DNA of 63,150 nucleotides, filler included, from Sphaeroforma arctica JP610 (GCF_001186125.1; 6 parts of one record of this genome joined end to end with filler, not necessarily neighbours in it), one strand, 5' to 3'. Numbered from the whole stretch's first letter, positions 25,760 through 41,449 are shown. Notes: a model not told the origin generated them from the sequence alone. Program-made: numbers and translations.

Positions 25760-28567
25760 ATGGAGGGTCTTGCGCTGATTTATGAAACCCGCATCGGCCG
25801 ATTCAACAATATACGGATTCGCGGCAGGTGGGTTGTTTTGCCATTTGCTCATACAATTCAATCGTATTCCATGTAACCACGTTTATACGAGTGCTTATCT
25901 AGATTTGGCTTCTTGTCGCTGGATTTAAAACAAACAAGGGCGTACTTCACCTTTTATCAATGGTGCGTGTGATATGTCTTACCTTTTTTTTAGTGATGAC
26001 CGATTTGTCTGCCATTCCTTGCCACACTCGCAGACATGTTCAGTTGTGGTTGGTAGATGCCTATCATCTGTATGAGCTTGACAGGCTGCTGCAGGAGGAT
26101 GAAGCACAATACCAGTTTGCCTTTAAGTTTGTCCGCGCTTTCCCACAGGTATCTTTGCACTTGTTCACCGATTCGCTATACTATATTTCAAGGTTAGAGC
26201 ATTCCAACACGTATAGAGCAACTCTGACTTGACGGGGGAAAGGGATTTTGATGCCGGTTCCCATGGTTACGAATGTATTAGAAACTATGCGCAGATCACA
26301 TATGTGTTGGTTTTGGGTATGAGAGTCTCTACCAATCTGACACCAGAATTTGTGCCAATCTACGTATGAAATAGCTTTGCGCTTGACCTTGATAGCCCTT
26401 CATATGTACTGCAACATTAAGGGCGATATAGTACTGTAAAGCGAATTCCCTCTTCCACTAATTATATTATACCAATTACTCGCTCGAGACCAGTTGCGAT
26501 TATTTGCACTGAGCCACAGAACAACGAAAGGCTCGTTCGACGACTATATATTAATAACGAAACACCCTCCTGTATCTGTATCTGTATTTCTTTGTAGATA
26601 CAGAAATGGTCCCAATTGATCATACTCATCAGAGCGCTGCCGTATCGTACATGGGAGCTACAGGCCGCCAAAAAGTGGTAAGGATATAAAACACTTGGTC
26701 TCATTACATTCCCAAAGGTTTACTCCTGGATATTTCAGCTGTGCAGCTGTTCCTCGACTGCATAGGCACTAGATATGAAATCGAGTTTTTGAGGCACAGT
26801 CTTCGCTCTCGTTTCTCCTGTCAGAACCAATTTGCGTCGTAGATAGACAATTTTTTTACCTCGTTGTCTATTAACCCTGGTTAGCCTGATATTGCGTCTT
26901 AACTCTGAGCTTGATCGTCCCGTTCTGGACTTCTAGGTACGGCAAGCTCCATGTACTTCTACGCCTGAATACCCAGTTCCACTTTTTCGGATTGTGGCTC
27001 TCGACATTGGGCGGTGCCCATTCCGCACTAGGTGATACAGATCGCAGTCACGTAAGTCATTACTGTGACATATTGCTTCGTTTAAAACAGGATCCATTCT
27101 CGTCAAAACCTTTATTTGTTCCCGCCAATACTACTCTTCGATATCTTCGCGGCGCGCATTCACTAGATGAATAGTTTGATTACATTTCTTCGATTGGCAT
27201 TCAAATATACTTCGACCTTGTCCAGATCTTCGCGGATATTTGATGATTTGCAGTCTTTTTAAACCTTATTGACAGAATGATATGATGCTTTTCTTTTTAT
27301 ATTGGTCTCCGCAGGCCATCAGGGCGTTCCATCTCGGAGTGCAACAGATGCGAGTTGCGCAACGAATGGGAAACACCTATCTTGGTTCGTGGAAGTTTGT
27401 ATTGCTGGTTTCCCTAATTCGAGTACAAACGTATCGTGGTTGTGAATAGTATCCCGGGCTCTGCAACTATTTGTCACGGGCAAACGCACGAAATGCATTA
27501 TTCCCATCTGTCTATGAAAGCATGTACAGGTACCGCTAGACTGTCAGAGTCGACCATCGCATGCGTGTGAACACTGCGGTGAATACGCTTTGTTTCATTT
27601 CTGCTGCTTCATCGCTTATTGCACTATCTCTTGGTTCATGCCGCATGTTTCTTGTTAGTACACACGTTTGCTCTGGTGTTAAGTAATCACATTCAGGCCA
27701 TCTGATTAGCTGCTGACTCGTTCACCTACTTTTTTCATTGGTGTGCAGAGTACATGTGTTTACTCCACTTGTCGCACGGGATGATCCAATTGGAGCAGTA
27801 CACCGCCGCCAGACACGCCATTGAACGGTGCTGGAAGGTGCGACAGGCCTCGTTCAAGTACGACGACAAGGTGTGTTACCGAGCTCATCCCACTATACAA
27901 TTTATGTCTCAGCCCACAAATGCGATCACGTATGGTCTCCGTAATTTGTTATACCTCGCCATTGCTTTGCGCTGTGTGCTGTGGTGCAATCCGTGAACTC
28001 TCCGATGAGCTTGTATTGCCTATCGGTATCTCGTTGTATGTACGGCGATCTGGTTTTCATTGGAGTGTGGAGGTGTTCGCTGAGTCGTATCTCGGTCAGA
28101 TGGTCTTACGCAACATTGTCCTTCGACTACCACAGCATTGAGTGGTTGGTAGAATTATGTCGTACCACTTGAACCTTCAAATTTCGTTTATGCTCTCGTG
28201 GTCTGTCTTTGTTCTGGAAGAGCGTGTCAAGGGATGACAACGTGTCCATGCTACTAACATGCATGGCCCGCTAAGAATAGTCGCTGGATGGAGAATTAAA
28301 TCATGTTATGAGAGAAAACTATTGCTGGAGAGACAATGCCAGAGGGCCCTGTAACACCCATAGAGGTCGATCGCCTTCCAGGTTGGTGTAGCTACCGCGA
28401 ATGCAGCATTTTCACACGTGGAAATCTAATCCCAACATGCCAATTTTTTGTTCTTCCCATTATTCTGTATTGCGTAGTTCACTCAAAGTTGCCAAGCGGC
28501 CTGGCGCCGACTGAATATTGCGCTGCGCAAACGGAGACTAAAGAGACTGGAGATGGCAAGTGGCTGA
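25760..28567 (+). CDS. DUF4807-like (STLGG motif), TPR-like helical protein; start uncertain
   Basis: Exons at ~25760-25827, ~26034-26148, ~26937-27050 (WLSTLGGAHSALG), 27315-27384 (QQMRVAQRMGNTYL), 27749-27870 (CLLHLSHGMIQ) and 28478-28567 (CQAAWRRL...*). Confidence 0.72.
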
Positions 28568-29203
28568 CGTTACAGCACCGCCGTATATACTAGTGCACTC
28601 TGGTAGAAACCAGGAGAATGCATGCATGACTAACAGGGGTTGGCAGTTGGCGCATGAGGGTGAAAGGGTGAATAAATCTACCCACGCAGCGTATGCCGTA
28701 TCTTCACAGAATCCTTCGTAAACACACATAAATGCCTGTACGCCCGGAATTGAAACCGCAATTTCCGAAAAGCGGCATGCCTCACTCTGTAAAAGAGATG
28801 GCTGGTGCGATCATCCAAGTGATTCGTACTATTGAAAATGCATATAACATGACAAGTCTGCATCGTCAATAACCCAAGTGATTACTCTTATTGATACATG
28901 ACCACCTACGTTGTCGCTTCCATATTTGAATTAACTGTAAGCCCCAGCAGGCACACAGACTTGTCATAGGCAGTCCCGAAGCAAATCAATCTAACGTTTT
29001 CAATTTTCCAAACACGAATGGATACTTGCTTGTATGCGCGTCCTTCATAACCGCATCAGAAAGAGCTGCGCGCCTTTACAAGGGCACCAATGCAGGCGGT
29101 TAGTACCATCCGGCATTTGAAAATTTTGCAGAAATATATAACATCAACGGAGGCACATCACACAAACGCAGAGATCCCAATATGGAACCACAAACGGTTT
29201 GTT

Positions 29204-29670
29204 TTATTCTTGCTTTGTTTTGCCGACTACAGTCGTCTCCTGCTCGTCTCCTAATAAGCCTATCAGCCCCGCCAGTACTAGCAAGATATCGAGAGGCACT
29301 TGTGAAGGCAGATGCACTCCTGCCACAGTTATAGCCTTCATCCGCTCGTTGAGAAACAATACATCATTGGGCCAAGGTGTGTGGAAGTGCGTGTATATAT
29401 TGATACCCCAAAACACGGATATGAACAACAGAGCGCGAGGCTGGCTGTAGTAGAACACACTGATAGCGATGCTTAGAGCTATGAGGATCATCGCCTGGGC
29501 TTGAACCTACGATGTGATAGGGTGTGTGGGACTTGACCTTTAGCGCGATAGTGTACGTCTAGATAAATACAGTCCACAGATATAGCCACCGAAATACTAG
29601 GCTTAATCATATGTTGTGAGAGGGGTGTATGGATGGCGTGCTGCATGTCTATATTCATAGATCCTATATG

Positions 29671-29765
<95 letters not shown>

Positions 29766-30248
29766 ATATATATATATATATATGTTCGCGTGTCTGTGTC
29801 TGCGTCTGTGTCTGTGTCTGTGTGTTTGAGTGTATGTGTGTGTGTGTGTTTGAGTGTATGTGTGTGTGTGTGTATATATTCACGTAGACATGCGTGTGTG
29901 TATACGTGTATGTGTGTGCGTGTCTCTATGATGTATAGCAAAATTTGTAGCGGATTGGATTTACGATCAATACATTCAACATTGAGTGGTTCATAGTGTT
30001 GATGTGAAACAATGACTAATTTGAAGAACGTGTTGTACTCTCCTGCTGGAATATTGGAAACAAAATCATACCTTAGTGAGATGTAGTATAGCCTGCTTCG
30101 TTATATCAGGTGTTTCGGACCAAGACGGTCCAGTGGCTTGTACCCATAGAGGCTCCTGGTTTATCAGTATTGGCAGGTAAATCCCACAAGCAAACGACAG
30201 ATAGAATATTGCTGCACCTTGAGTGAGGATTTTCGTTATTGATGACAT
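29204..30248 (-). CDS. Small multi-pass membrane protein (~155 aa) with a C-terminal KxKxx ER-retrieval-like motif
   Basis: Exon 30248-30072 (donor AAG|gtatga) and exon 29494-29204 (acceptor cccag|GCG) are in phase 0. There are 3-4 hydrophobic segments and the protein ends in KTKQE*. Confidence 0.65.
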
Positions 30249-31262
30249 CCTATTTGATTTAGCTAGTTTATTAATATGGTCGACAAGTATATTCGTTTTA
30301 AGTATCATAGACCAACAGTCCAACACTGAGAACAAATCAGGATAAGGGAATGGTTTTGGATGTACTGTTTATTTTAGAAGCCTATGACTGGGGGGGTATT
30401 TATTTATTTTATTTTATTTTCTAGTCCTCTTTTATACGTTGTCCCGATTCACTATTGATAAATACGGAATGAGTACAAACCCCCAATACTATTTTCCCCA
30501 ATTTTTTATTACGCTCAGAGACTACGTGATCTCCTTATCATTTTAGTTATCTCTATACTCTCGAGTGAGAGAGAGAGAGAGACAACACCCTTTCACACCG
30601 TTATAAATAGACGGTCACAATGTTGAGAACCATTAAAACCCGATATCTCAAGGCCAGTAAAGGTGGGATGACGCCGATTTTTTACGTATTCGTCTATACA
30701 ACACTCTTATATCATCATACGGAGCCATACACAATATATAGTGGCTTTATTAGCATACACAAGTAACAAGAGGTGTTCACGGGTCGTCACCACTACACAT
30801 CGATTGAATCAATCGGTTACACGTGCATGCATATGTATTGTAAGGTATATACAGTTAATAGCACTGTACTAACGCCGTACCGTCAAAGAGGGTAAATTAG
30901 TAGAGCATATTATATGATATTTAAGAGATCCATAACCATCAGGTGTGCACAAGAAATTGGTTAGGTCGATATCATTATATAGCATTGTGTTTGAAATTTG
31001 GTCGGCCATTGAGTATAGTCTTAACGTACATGAGTACGATACAAGTTTATTAACATTGGGTGCAGGTTTTCTTGTTCTAGTAGTCTATGTTAGTGCCTAG
31101 TTTCTATTATGTTTTGTAGGAATATTCTCGACCCGCGAAAGATGGTGTGCGACATAAATTTGTAGTAGGAATGCAGGATACAAAATAATGCAGGGTAGGA
31201 ACGCTTGAAATTTTTGCAAACACGATATAGGGACCATCAAGTCTCATAGTGTATCGTTGGAA

Positions 31263-34200
31263 CTATGAACTCTTTGTATCGGCATCACACTCGGAGTACT
31301 GACTAGCTTCGTACGCATCACCAAGATCACACCCTTCGTATTCGAACTTGGCAACGAGCTTCACGCCGTAAGAGCCTGATATCTCGTTTATCTGGTTGCC
31401 GCCACCGGTCACCGTACCGATTGCATCGCCATCCACAGTGAATCGCAGTCGTTCGTCACTCTCACTGTTGGTTGTGATCTGGTTTAGCCCTTGCGTGACA
31501 CTGGAGGTGTGTGTCTGCGTTGGGTAGTCAAAGATGAAGTTCTTGGTTGCGCCGGCCTGAATCACAGAGTATTCCGACTGGTCACCGTATTTCGATGCCA
31601 CCAACTGCGCTCCGCCCGACTTCACCGCGACTGTGATTTCCGGGTCACGGAATGTTGCTGTGTATCTGACACCACTAACCTCCTCATTCACAACCCTGAT
31701 TCGGCCCTCAAGGTCGAACTTGGCGGTTGTCTCGATGGCTTTGAGATTGTATTGCAGAGAGCTTTGGTCAACGGGGAACCCGTCTTCGAAAGTATTTTGA
31801 TTAGGTGGGCGATAGAATTTGGCGATATCCAAATCCACAAATGGCAGTCCCAGGGCTGTAGGGAAGTCTACCTCGTAGGTGCACTCACGCACGAATCGGG
31901 CCTTCTGCTCATTACCTGTTTCGTTGTTGAGTACAATGTGATAGTCGCTTGAACATACGGCATAGAGCCACTAGCTTTTTATGTGGCTATGGTGGAAACT
32001 GAATTTATCAATCGGCAAGGTTGTCTCTCTTCTTGCAAGAAGACCGTTCTCTACCTGATTGAATGTACTTAAATGTCAACTCATCTCCTACGAAATCGCC
32101 CAAACACAACACAAAACCACCGCACGCGACTATCTCACACGCTAACTAGCCCTGCTATCGACTCACTTAGCAATGAAGTGAGTAGCATACACACACCTTC
32201 GCACGTGCAGGGGTTGTTGCTGTTGGAGCCGTCGACTCCGCACTCGCTGTCGGGCAGTTCTACCCACGTGTCGCTCGTGCATGCGTCACCTTCTTCTCTG
32301 CACTCGCACTGAAGTTCGGAACCCTGTCTGCCAGCAGTGGAGGCGTATCCGGGTTGGGTGGTGATGGTATAGAAGCCGACCTCAGAACCGGTGCCACAAA
32401 GTACGTTACACTGCTTCTTCTTGTAATTCTCTTCGCAAGCAACTGTGAATGATAGAGATGAGCATGTGTCATTAGTACGATTGTATCTGTGTGTGAGCTA
32501 TGGATTGAAATAAAGCTCCAAATTGGCAAGGTTTTGAATTGATATGAACATGCCAATCGTTACAGAACTCGAAAGCGAAGCTCAAGCAAAGTGTCAATAA
32601 ACGGATATGTCGTATTGTAGCCAAGTAGACACTTTATGACGTCCCTGTATATAATCAACGATACAACAGCCGTCACGGAAGTGAAACCCTTATACATTAT
32701 ATAATAAGCACGCATACCACATGCGCCGTTAGCCGTGCAGCCATTGGGGCCTGCGATGTCTCTGTGTGAATTGATTCTGAAGAACTCTCCCGAGGTGTCC
32801 TGATTCTCGCAGATACTGTAGTAGGGTTGTCAGAACATTGTCATCACCTCTTCGATGCCACAGGCGCAGGCATATACATGTCTTGTGAGAAATAACCCTA
32901 CACTAAACTCTAAACCTTAATAGGCGCAGGTATATACATGTCTTGCGAGAAAGAAACCTACACCTTCACGCCGTGATGATATCGCACAACCGCTGCGATC
33001 CCAGGTTTGTATTACAAGTCTCAAGGGGGCAGGGGCATGGTATATATCTAGACAAAAAATATTTATGTTTTAGTCGGAATCTGAATAAAAACCAATAAAA
33101 CTGCAGTCATATACACACCTGCCGTCTCCGCTAACTCTGACGAAGCGTTCCTTCTGCAAGCAGTCTGTGCCGTCGAACTGACACCGGGGACGGCCATCAG
33201 CAAAGTTATAGTCCTGCCATTGACCCACACACGACTCACACTCACAGTCCTCCGTCACGGTTTCCTCCTCCGGACACCCTCCCATGTAACCCTGCGGCTC
33301 TTCCTGCTGATCGATGACAGTGCGCACCTGTCTGGTGCCTTGGATGGGACTGTCTATAGTGCATTGGCATTTGCCCTGGGCGATGGTGAACTCGCACTCA
33401 CCTGCTGCGGCGGTTCTGTGGTGTAGGGTTTTGGGTTCGGGGTTTAGGGTTGAGTATGCTTGAAGCAGGAATATCAGCTCATATTTTTAACTGGACTCGA
33501 GCGGATCTCAGAGAGTTAAATATCGATTGTACGCTGCCTTAGCAAGTTTTAACGCTCTGTAAACCGTCACAATACACTGCTCGACATCATATCAGGTTAC
33601 CTGATCATAGATGCACGATACTACCTTGGATTGACACGGGAGGAGTGTAGTGTTCAATCGGCCGCAAATAACTAAGGCGTATACTTCAGCTAAGGACTAC
33701 TACAAAGCTATTCAAACTAAAACATATACTTAACCAATGACCACTCCGGAGCCATCCACCCTAAGGCCGTCCTAACACACCTGCAGTTGTCACGGCAGTA
33801 CTGGACATTGCCGTTGACTGAGCTGATCTGGCCTCCCTCGCTGAATGGCGGGTCGCATTGTTCGTTGCGGATGGTGTCTACAGTACCATCGCCACACTCT
33901 TGTTCGACGATCTCACAGTGTCGGCACACTTCGGTTGAGCTGAGTACCTGTTATTGCGCCGTAGCATGTGTGAAGAGTAGTACATGAGCCTCTAAATAAG
34001 CGATAGTATGTGTGAAGAGTAGTACATGAGCCTATTAATAAGCGATAGTATGTGTGAGTAGTGGTACGTGATCCTGATACTAAGTGATAGCATGTGCGAA
34101 GGGTAGTGCTTAGTATATAAACTGTCTGATATGGTCTACCTAGGGGATGGCATGAGATGATCTCTGATGTGAATGGCTACGTACTCCTGTGTGCAAGTGG

Positions 34201-37200
34201 GTGACACCGATAGCACAAACACAAACACTATGCACAGATGATGCTGGTGAGCGTATTTAAGCAGTCGGATCAGAGTGCAAGGATGAACTTAGAGGTTACC
34301 ACGCATAGGGAAGCACACTGTACTCTTGGGGCGTCTACAAATGTGCACCAGTTGCATGGAAGACCGCATTGTACTGTGCCGACTCGTACCGTGATCTTCA
34401 TCAGGCAAGCAAGGCATGTATGCATACTCGCATAACATTCAAGAGTTCCTCACAGTAATACTTACCGCGTCTTGACCCTCGTCACACTCTTCACCGTTGC
34501 CAGTATCCACAACGCCGTTGCCGCATTCGCATACGCAGATACCATCATCTGTGATCGTGGCCATGTCATCGGAGCTGCAAACGCACAAAACAAACAGTAG
34601 CGCCAGGTGAGCGAGCGAACTATAAACTCTGACTGAAAACAAGACCATGCGCCGTAAGTGGTTATTAATGCCAATACGTCATAGTAGTACATAAGATGTG
34701 TACGTGTGTGATGTACACCATGTAGTCACTGGTACGCACATCCAGAACATACTCAAAGGTGATGGCATTTCCATTGCTGTCGTCGCAGTCGGCTCCTCGG
34801 GGTGTCTTCTCGCGCGTGCGTGTGTATGTGCGCGTGAACGTTCCGCTGCTGCACACACAACGCGACGTCGAGATGGCCTGTGTGATATGAGAAGGACGAT
34901 GGATTAGACAATCTATCTTAGGAGTATAAGAAAAGAAGATCTGGTCTTTACGCTTCACGAGTATAGTTAAAAAGGCATGTCCTTTACACTCGTGTGGTAG
35001 GCTCGTGCGCTGAATGGCAGTGTTTCTTAGATCACACAGATGCCTAGTTGAGTATGAAACTCCGGGTCAGTGTTGTGCTGTCAATGTGTACATGTGTCAT
35101 TGAAAATAAGTAAGTGAATGAAGATGTGGTTGTAGCTGTAGTTGTTTGTCTTCAATACTGCTAGGGATTGCTGTTGGGTAATATCTCATGCATGTGATCC
35201 TTCGCCATACACACGCTACTGTAATGATACCAGATATCTTCACCAAAGATACAGCACGCACGACGGATCTTTACAGGTATCGAGTCAACAGTATTGGTCA
35301 CCCTATGGATATTCCAAGTATGGCACATGAACGTATCAAATCTCATACATAGTCTACCCTAAGACCTATCCTTTCAATTGCAGTATTCCAAACAAGTGCT
35401 CTATTCCTTCTGATGGCTATGGTAGTAATGACACAACCATATAAAGCAAGCCTCAAAGCTGGTCACATACTCTGCAGTTTCGGATGGGCTGCAATTCACA
35501 GTTGGCGTCACAGTAGTTGTCGTCGTCGCTGTCATTGGGTCCAATGCTATAGTCATCATCGTTTCTGGTTCTGATATCGCCTGATCCGTCGGGGTTGGTT
35601 TCACACTCTTCGTTGTCGGTCTTGACACCGTCTCCACATACGGTGGCCTGTACTGTGCATGCTTCACCGTCGTCTCCGGGCTTGCGGCATCGGTTGTTTG
35701 AGGGGTCTACGGAATCGTCTGTCATATGCGAGGGATAATAATGGTAGAGAGACACAAGAGTGGGCCATGTTAGCGTCAGTATATACAAAAAAGAANNNNN
35801 NNNNNNNNNNNNNNNNNNNNNNNNNNNNNNNNNNNNNNNTTAATTAATTAANNNNNNNNNNNNNNNNNNNNNNNNNNNNNNNNNNNNNNNNNNNNGTGTG
35901 TGTGTGTGTGTGTACAATACATCTGCGATCAAAATAATTGTTGTCATTTGAACGATTTTCTAATATCACTATATATATGTGTGTGTGTGCGTGTGTGTGT
36001 TTGTGTGTTTGCACGTGTGTGTATTTATGTATATACATATATACCTGCCTAAAATGGTTTGTGGATGTACTTCCTGGATGTGCTTACCTCGAATGGCGAA
36101 CTGCTCAGAAATGTGTCCGTCACGAAGTACACGTCCGTGATATTCTGCATTGTTTTGGAGAGAAATATTAATTTAGTTGGTAAGTATCGAAAAGTGAACT
36201 CCTATTGAAGCTCTGTTCTGCGAGTAATCGCAACAGGAAGGGAGCTACCGATTTTCCCTAAACCCTATACAAAAGAAAAAGCATCTTATGTTCTTCCTAA
36301 ACCACAAGACTACATATACAGACATACTTCTCCTGGCGCTAGAGGAACGTCGCTGTCCACTTGTCTGGGAATTACTACTATCTCGACCTCGGTGTTGGGC
36401 ACTGTAATGGTTGTTCTGGCCTGGTATATGGCCGTGTACGAGTTTTGGTTGTCCTCCTGAGTATTCTGGATCATCAATGACCCACTGATCTGCCCGGTGG
36501 TGGCCAAGTCGATGGCTACGGTTGTAAAAGGAATGGTTCGCAAAATTAGTCCTAGTTTTCTGTGGTAGGGTAATACAAGAGATATGTGTATCACGATATA
36601 TACTTAGATGTTTCTGCATTAAATCCGGATGAGACGTTTATCCCGTATGCGTTAAACGCATCTGGCTTTCAGCTTCACTGTCTCCATGCAGATCGTGCGA
36701 CACAACACCAAACCGCACTATCAACCAGGACATAGGTATGACCAAGAAGCACACCCCAGCCCATACACACCAACCCACACACACATACCCCGACATCCAC
36801 ACAACACTCCCATTAACATATCACATGTACGCGGAGACACTCTCTTACCGATCAAATCGGCATTGGTAATGGCCCTATTGAACAGCGGAACAACCAGTTC
36901 CATGTCTTCAAAGTCCGTCTTTACTTCGCCAGTGGTTGCGGCGCACACGCGCTGATACTCCTTCAACTCTCGGCACACAATGACCTGACAGGTACCGGAG
37001 TCGCACTGTCGGTTGGACTGCAGGCAGGATAGGCCGGTGTACTGTGGTTCGTTGGGGAGTTCACAGTCTACGCTGAACTCGGACGCCTCGGGAACTAGCC
37101 ACTTGTCAATGGCGGAGAAGTACTCGCACTGTTCTGTGCCGGAGATCACATCGTCGCCGCAAGTCACGCAGCTGTGTTGAGAGATCATGTGAAGACGTGA

Positions 37201-40200
37201 AGTAGTTAAGCATAAGGTCTGTCTGGGCAGTCTTAACCATAACCCGATCAACGGCAACCCCTTAGTCGCAGATAGTAAGTCTCTGGTCTGGCAATACCCC
37301 ACCCACACACCACACACCCAACATATACACTTCCCCAGCAACTCACCAGTTTTCACAGTCCGCATCAGTACACGTGGCGTCGCCAGAGGGCAGCTGATCT
37401 CCAGTGCAGTCGTCGGGATCACACAGACGGTCTTCACAGCAGTTAGAGCAGCTGGCATCCTCACAGTCATCGTCTGCAAAGAAACGCTGACCTGGTGTGC
37501 ACGTGTTACCGTCGTCCGCACAAGTCTTTTGTCTGCGGAGTGTGTGGGAGAAGGGTGTGTGGGGTCAGCAGAGGTCGCCAGGGCCAGGCTTTTTGACGGG
37601 GCTGTTTATAGTTGTTGATATCATTATATATATATATATATATACATACATACATATACATATACATATACATATATATATATGTGTGTGTGTGTGTGTG
37701 TATGTATGTATATATATATATATATGATATATGCAACAGAAAGATCTTACCTGCAGCACTTGGCACAGTTGTCTCTGTCGCATGGTGTACCGCCGGGAAA
37801 GGCTTCCACTTCACCATTGTCGGTGTCGCAGTCATCCGAATCTGTGCCGCAAACCAGCTGTTTGCAACTGCGGTAGTGCGAGGTGTGCTGTGTATGTGAG
37901 TGTTGAGATATAATACTGGGAAATGCGAGGTTTGTAGTCGTGTGAGGTGCACCTGCTGTAGCTGTGGGGCGGACATGTCTGCTTGAGATACGCATACAGA
38001 ATATAACAAGACTTAAATTCACAGTACAAACGACTTGCGCAGCATGTGCAGCAACAATAGCATGACACACTTCCGTGGCCAATATACATAAACACTGTCA
38101 ACATAAATAGATGCAAATCATGCTAGCACCAACCCATCTCTCGCTCTACTTATCACACATACCAATTCGTGCACAGATCTGGTGCCGCCTCTGAGCACAA
38201 CCTGTCGCCCGAGGGACCCAACCCAGCCCCACAATCGCCTCCAAGCGTATTCGCCAGATCAGAAGTACAAGCCACCGCCACACAGCAGTCGCTGCAGTCG
38301 TCTGTCTGGCAGTTGTCCTCACCGCTAGACCGGGTGCCGTCCGGACAAGTGGGGAACGCTACAGCGCATGTTTGCTGCGTGCAGCAGTTGTCGCAACTCT
38401 GTACGTCACAGTCTGTGTCTCCGCTCTCGATGCTGCCGTCATCGCAGTCAACGTTGCTGCATAGCTGGTCAACGCAACTGTGACAGGACAGGCATTGGTG
38501 GAGGTGTTGGTATAGTGTAAGTGGAGGTATAAGTACGCATGCTTCCCGCAAGTTGAATACAGTTTCCAATAAGGGCTCCGTACTGCATAATGCATATTAA
38601 TATCTCCGACTACACACACATGCCGGAACAAACAGATTAAAACTTAGAGATACTATATTCTCAGTAAGACTTACTACACCCTCACCCAATGTTAATATGT
38701 GTCACGTAGAACATCGATATAATCGTAACAATCCTTCCTTTCTTATCAAACATCCACTATAGTAAGATTTGATAGACCGATTGCACAATCTCAGCAACAT
38801 GTCTGTTACTCCCCAACAGCTGCAAATGCAAATAAGCACACGCACGTATCATTGCACTTGCACTTCTCAGCAGCTCAACTGTAACCCTCCAACAGTCCCA
38901 TATGCAAATAAGCGCACACACGTATTACTGCCCTGTACATACCAATTGGTGCATCCGTCGTTTCTGCAGTTTTGGTTTCCGCTCTTGACCTGCACACCAA
39001 GGCATGTCACATCGTCGCAAACCAATTGCGTGCAGCTGGGCGTTTGGAGAAGAGGACAAACCAAAACAAAAATGAATGCTCAGGTGTGACTATGGTTTTA
39101 AAGATTGCAGAATGCAGCGAGTTGTGAAGGAATTGGGAAGGTCGTCTGTTGTTGGCACTACACATAGCCGGTAGTTGGGCCTATTGCGCCGACAACACCT
39201 CCACAAGGACACACTCGTATCATCTGTACTTCGTCTTCTTCTTTAGCGCTATGGCTCCTACACTCTCCCTACACACTCACACGCAGCAATAACACTGACC
39301 TACGTATTCTCCACGACTCCCATCGACTCACCAATTGCCGCAGTTACGGTCCGTACAGAAGGTCTGTGTGTTGTCAAACACCAGCCCGGGATCGCAGCTG
39401 TCCGCATCGCAGGTGCGCACTTCACAGCAGTTGTCACAGTTCGCATCTGTGCACGTAGAGACGCCGGGCACAGCATACTCGCCCTGGTCAGAGTCACACA
39501 CGCGGTCGGCCGAGCATGTCTTGGCTGTGCAGCAGTTGGCGCATCCCTGTAGTGGTGGGATAGGTAGACAGACGTAAGACAGTGGATTTGCAATTGGGGT
39601 CATTATCAGGGTTAAAGACAGTCTTTGGTTTGGTTGTTCTGTTGGGTTCTAATCTTGGGTTGACATGGCGTGCACTACGGATAGGCGGCACCTCGTCTCA
39701 TATCACAGTAGCAATTAACTCAGTGTCAGTGGCACTTTAAATCACAAACATAGTACCTTGTTAGTAGCACTCTAATTCACAGCAGCAATAGCACTTCAAA
39801 CATGCTGTCCAGATATTCAATACCAAACCACAATTTACACAACACATACAGATACTCCATATTGTCATACAGACCAGATGGCTTGCCTGAGTGTCGCAGT
39901 TGGTGGCGGCTGTCCGCTTCTCCGTCGGCGCACATGTGTTGTCGTCGTCACAGGTTTTGAATTGGCAACAGTTTGTGCATTGCAGGTTAGCGCAATCTGA
40001 GTTACTGTTGCTGTCGTCGGCCTCAATACCGGCGCCGCGCTCGGCGCAATTGACATCGGCACACACCAATTGTTCGCAGCTGGGTATGTAAGTGGGATAT
40101 AAAAATAGAACCCTACATGTGAGTGCTCAACGATAAAGTGCTGGGCCCATACAGAGACCTAAACCTTAAACCCTAGTCGTATGTATACCCACACACCCAC

Positions 40201-41449
40201 TGGTTCACAGCCCCAGACACTCACACCTATCTGCACCTACCAATTGCTACACGCATCGTCGTCGCAGTTGTTCTGGTTAACCCGCTCCTCCTGTCCAGGG
40301 CCACAGACGTTATCTGTCGCACATGTCAGCTGCCGGCAGCAGTTACTGCAGTCACTATCCTCACAATCCGTGTCTGTCGTGCGTTCCTTTCCAGCATCAC
40401 AGACTGGATCACAGGTTAGCTGTGTGCAACAATTAGCACAGGTGCTGTCGTCGCACAGAGTGTCGTCGTGTCCGTTCTTCTCCTCGCCGGATACGCAGGG
40501 ACGCTCCACAGAGCACACCAGATCGTCGCAACAGTTGGAGCAGCGGTTGTCTGTACGAAAACATTTGAATATATATGAAAGGGAAGGTAAAGTGTTACTT
40601 TGTGCAGTGATTAGATCCTGATATAACAGTACATATAAAAAGGGAAAGTAGAGTTGTGTGTGTGTGTGTTGGTGTATGTATTTGTATATATGTATGTCAC
40701 TTTTTTTAGTGTTTAGATAACGGTGTGTGTGCGCCTGATACAACAGTACATATAGAAATGGAAAGTAAAGTTGTGTGGGTGTGTGGGTGTGTGGGTGTGT
40801 GGGTGTGTGTGTGTATATGTATATATGTGTACAGTGTTCAGATATTGGTGTGTGTGCGCCTGATATAACAGTACATATAAAAATGGAAAGTAAAGTTGTG
40901 TGTGTGTGTGTGCGTGTGTGTGTATGTAAGTATATATGTATGTCACTTTGTGCAGTGTTTAAATAATAGTGTCTATGCGCCTGATACATTAGTACACTCA
41001 GCACTATGCCACTTACTACCTTTAAAACTACAATGCATCGACAAAGCACCACGCCAACACTGTACACGCACACCTAAACCCACTAACCATCGCAATCAGT
41101 GTCCCCAGACTCTCTCTGGCTGTCGGTGCAGGTGACATCGGCGTCACACTCCAACTGTTCGCAGCAGCCCGAACAGTCGCCGTTGATGCAGAATCTCTGG
41201 TCCGTGTCGCGCTGGCCAGATGGACAGCGGAACTCAGAACAGCGATCAGGTACGCAGCTATAGGTATGATTAATTATATATTGATATATAATTAACTATA
41301 TACTATGTGAGAAAGATATGGGATGGGAAGGTGCAGTAATTGAAATTCGAGAAGAGTGAGTCCAGGTGTTTGGTTCTGAATCGATACGCACACAGGCAGT
41401 TCAGGCTGAAAGTGCGTCGCCACACACATNNNNNNNNNNNNNNNNNNNN

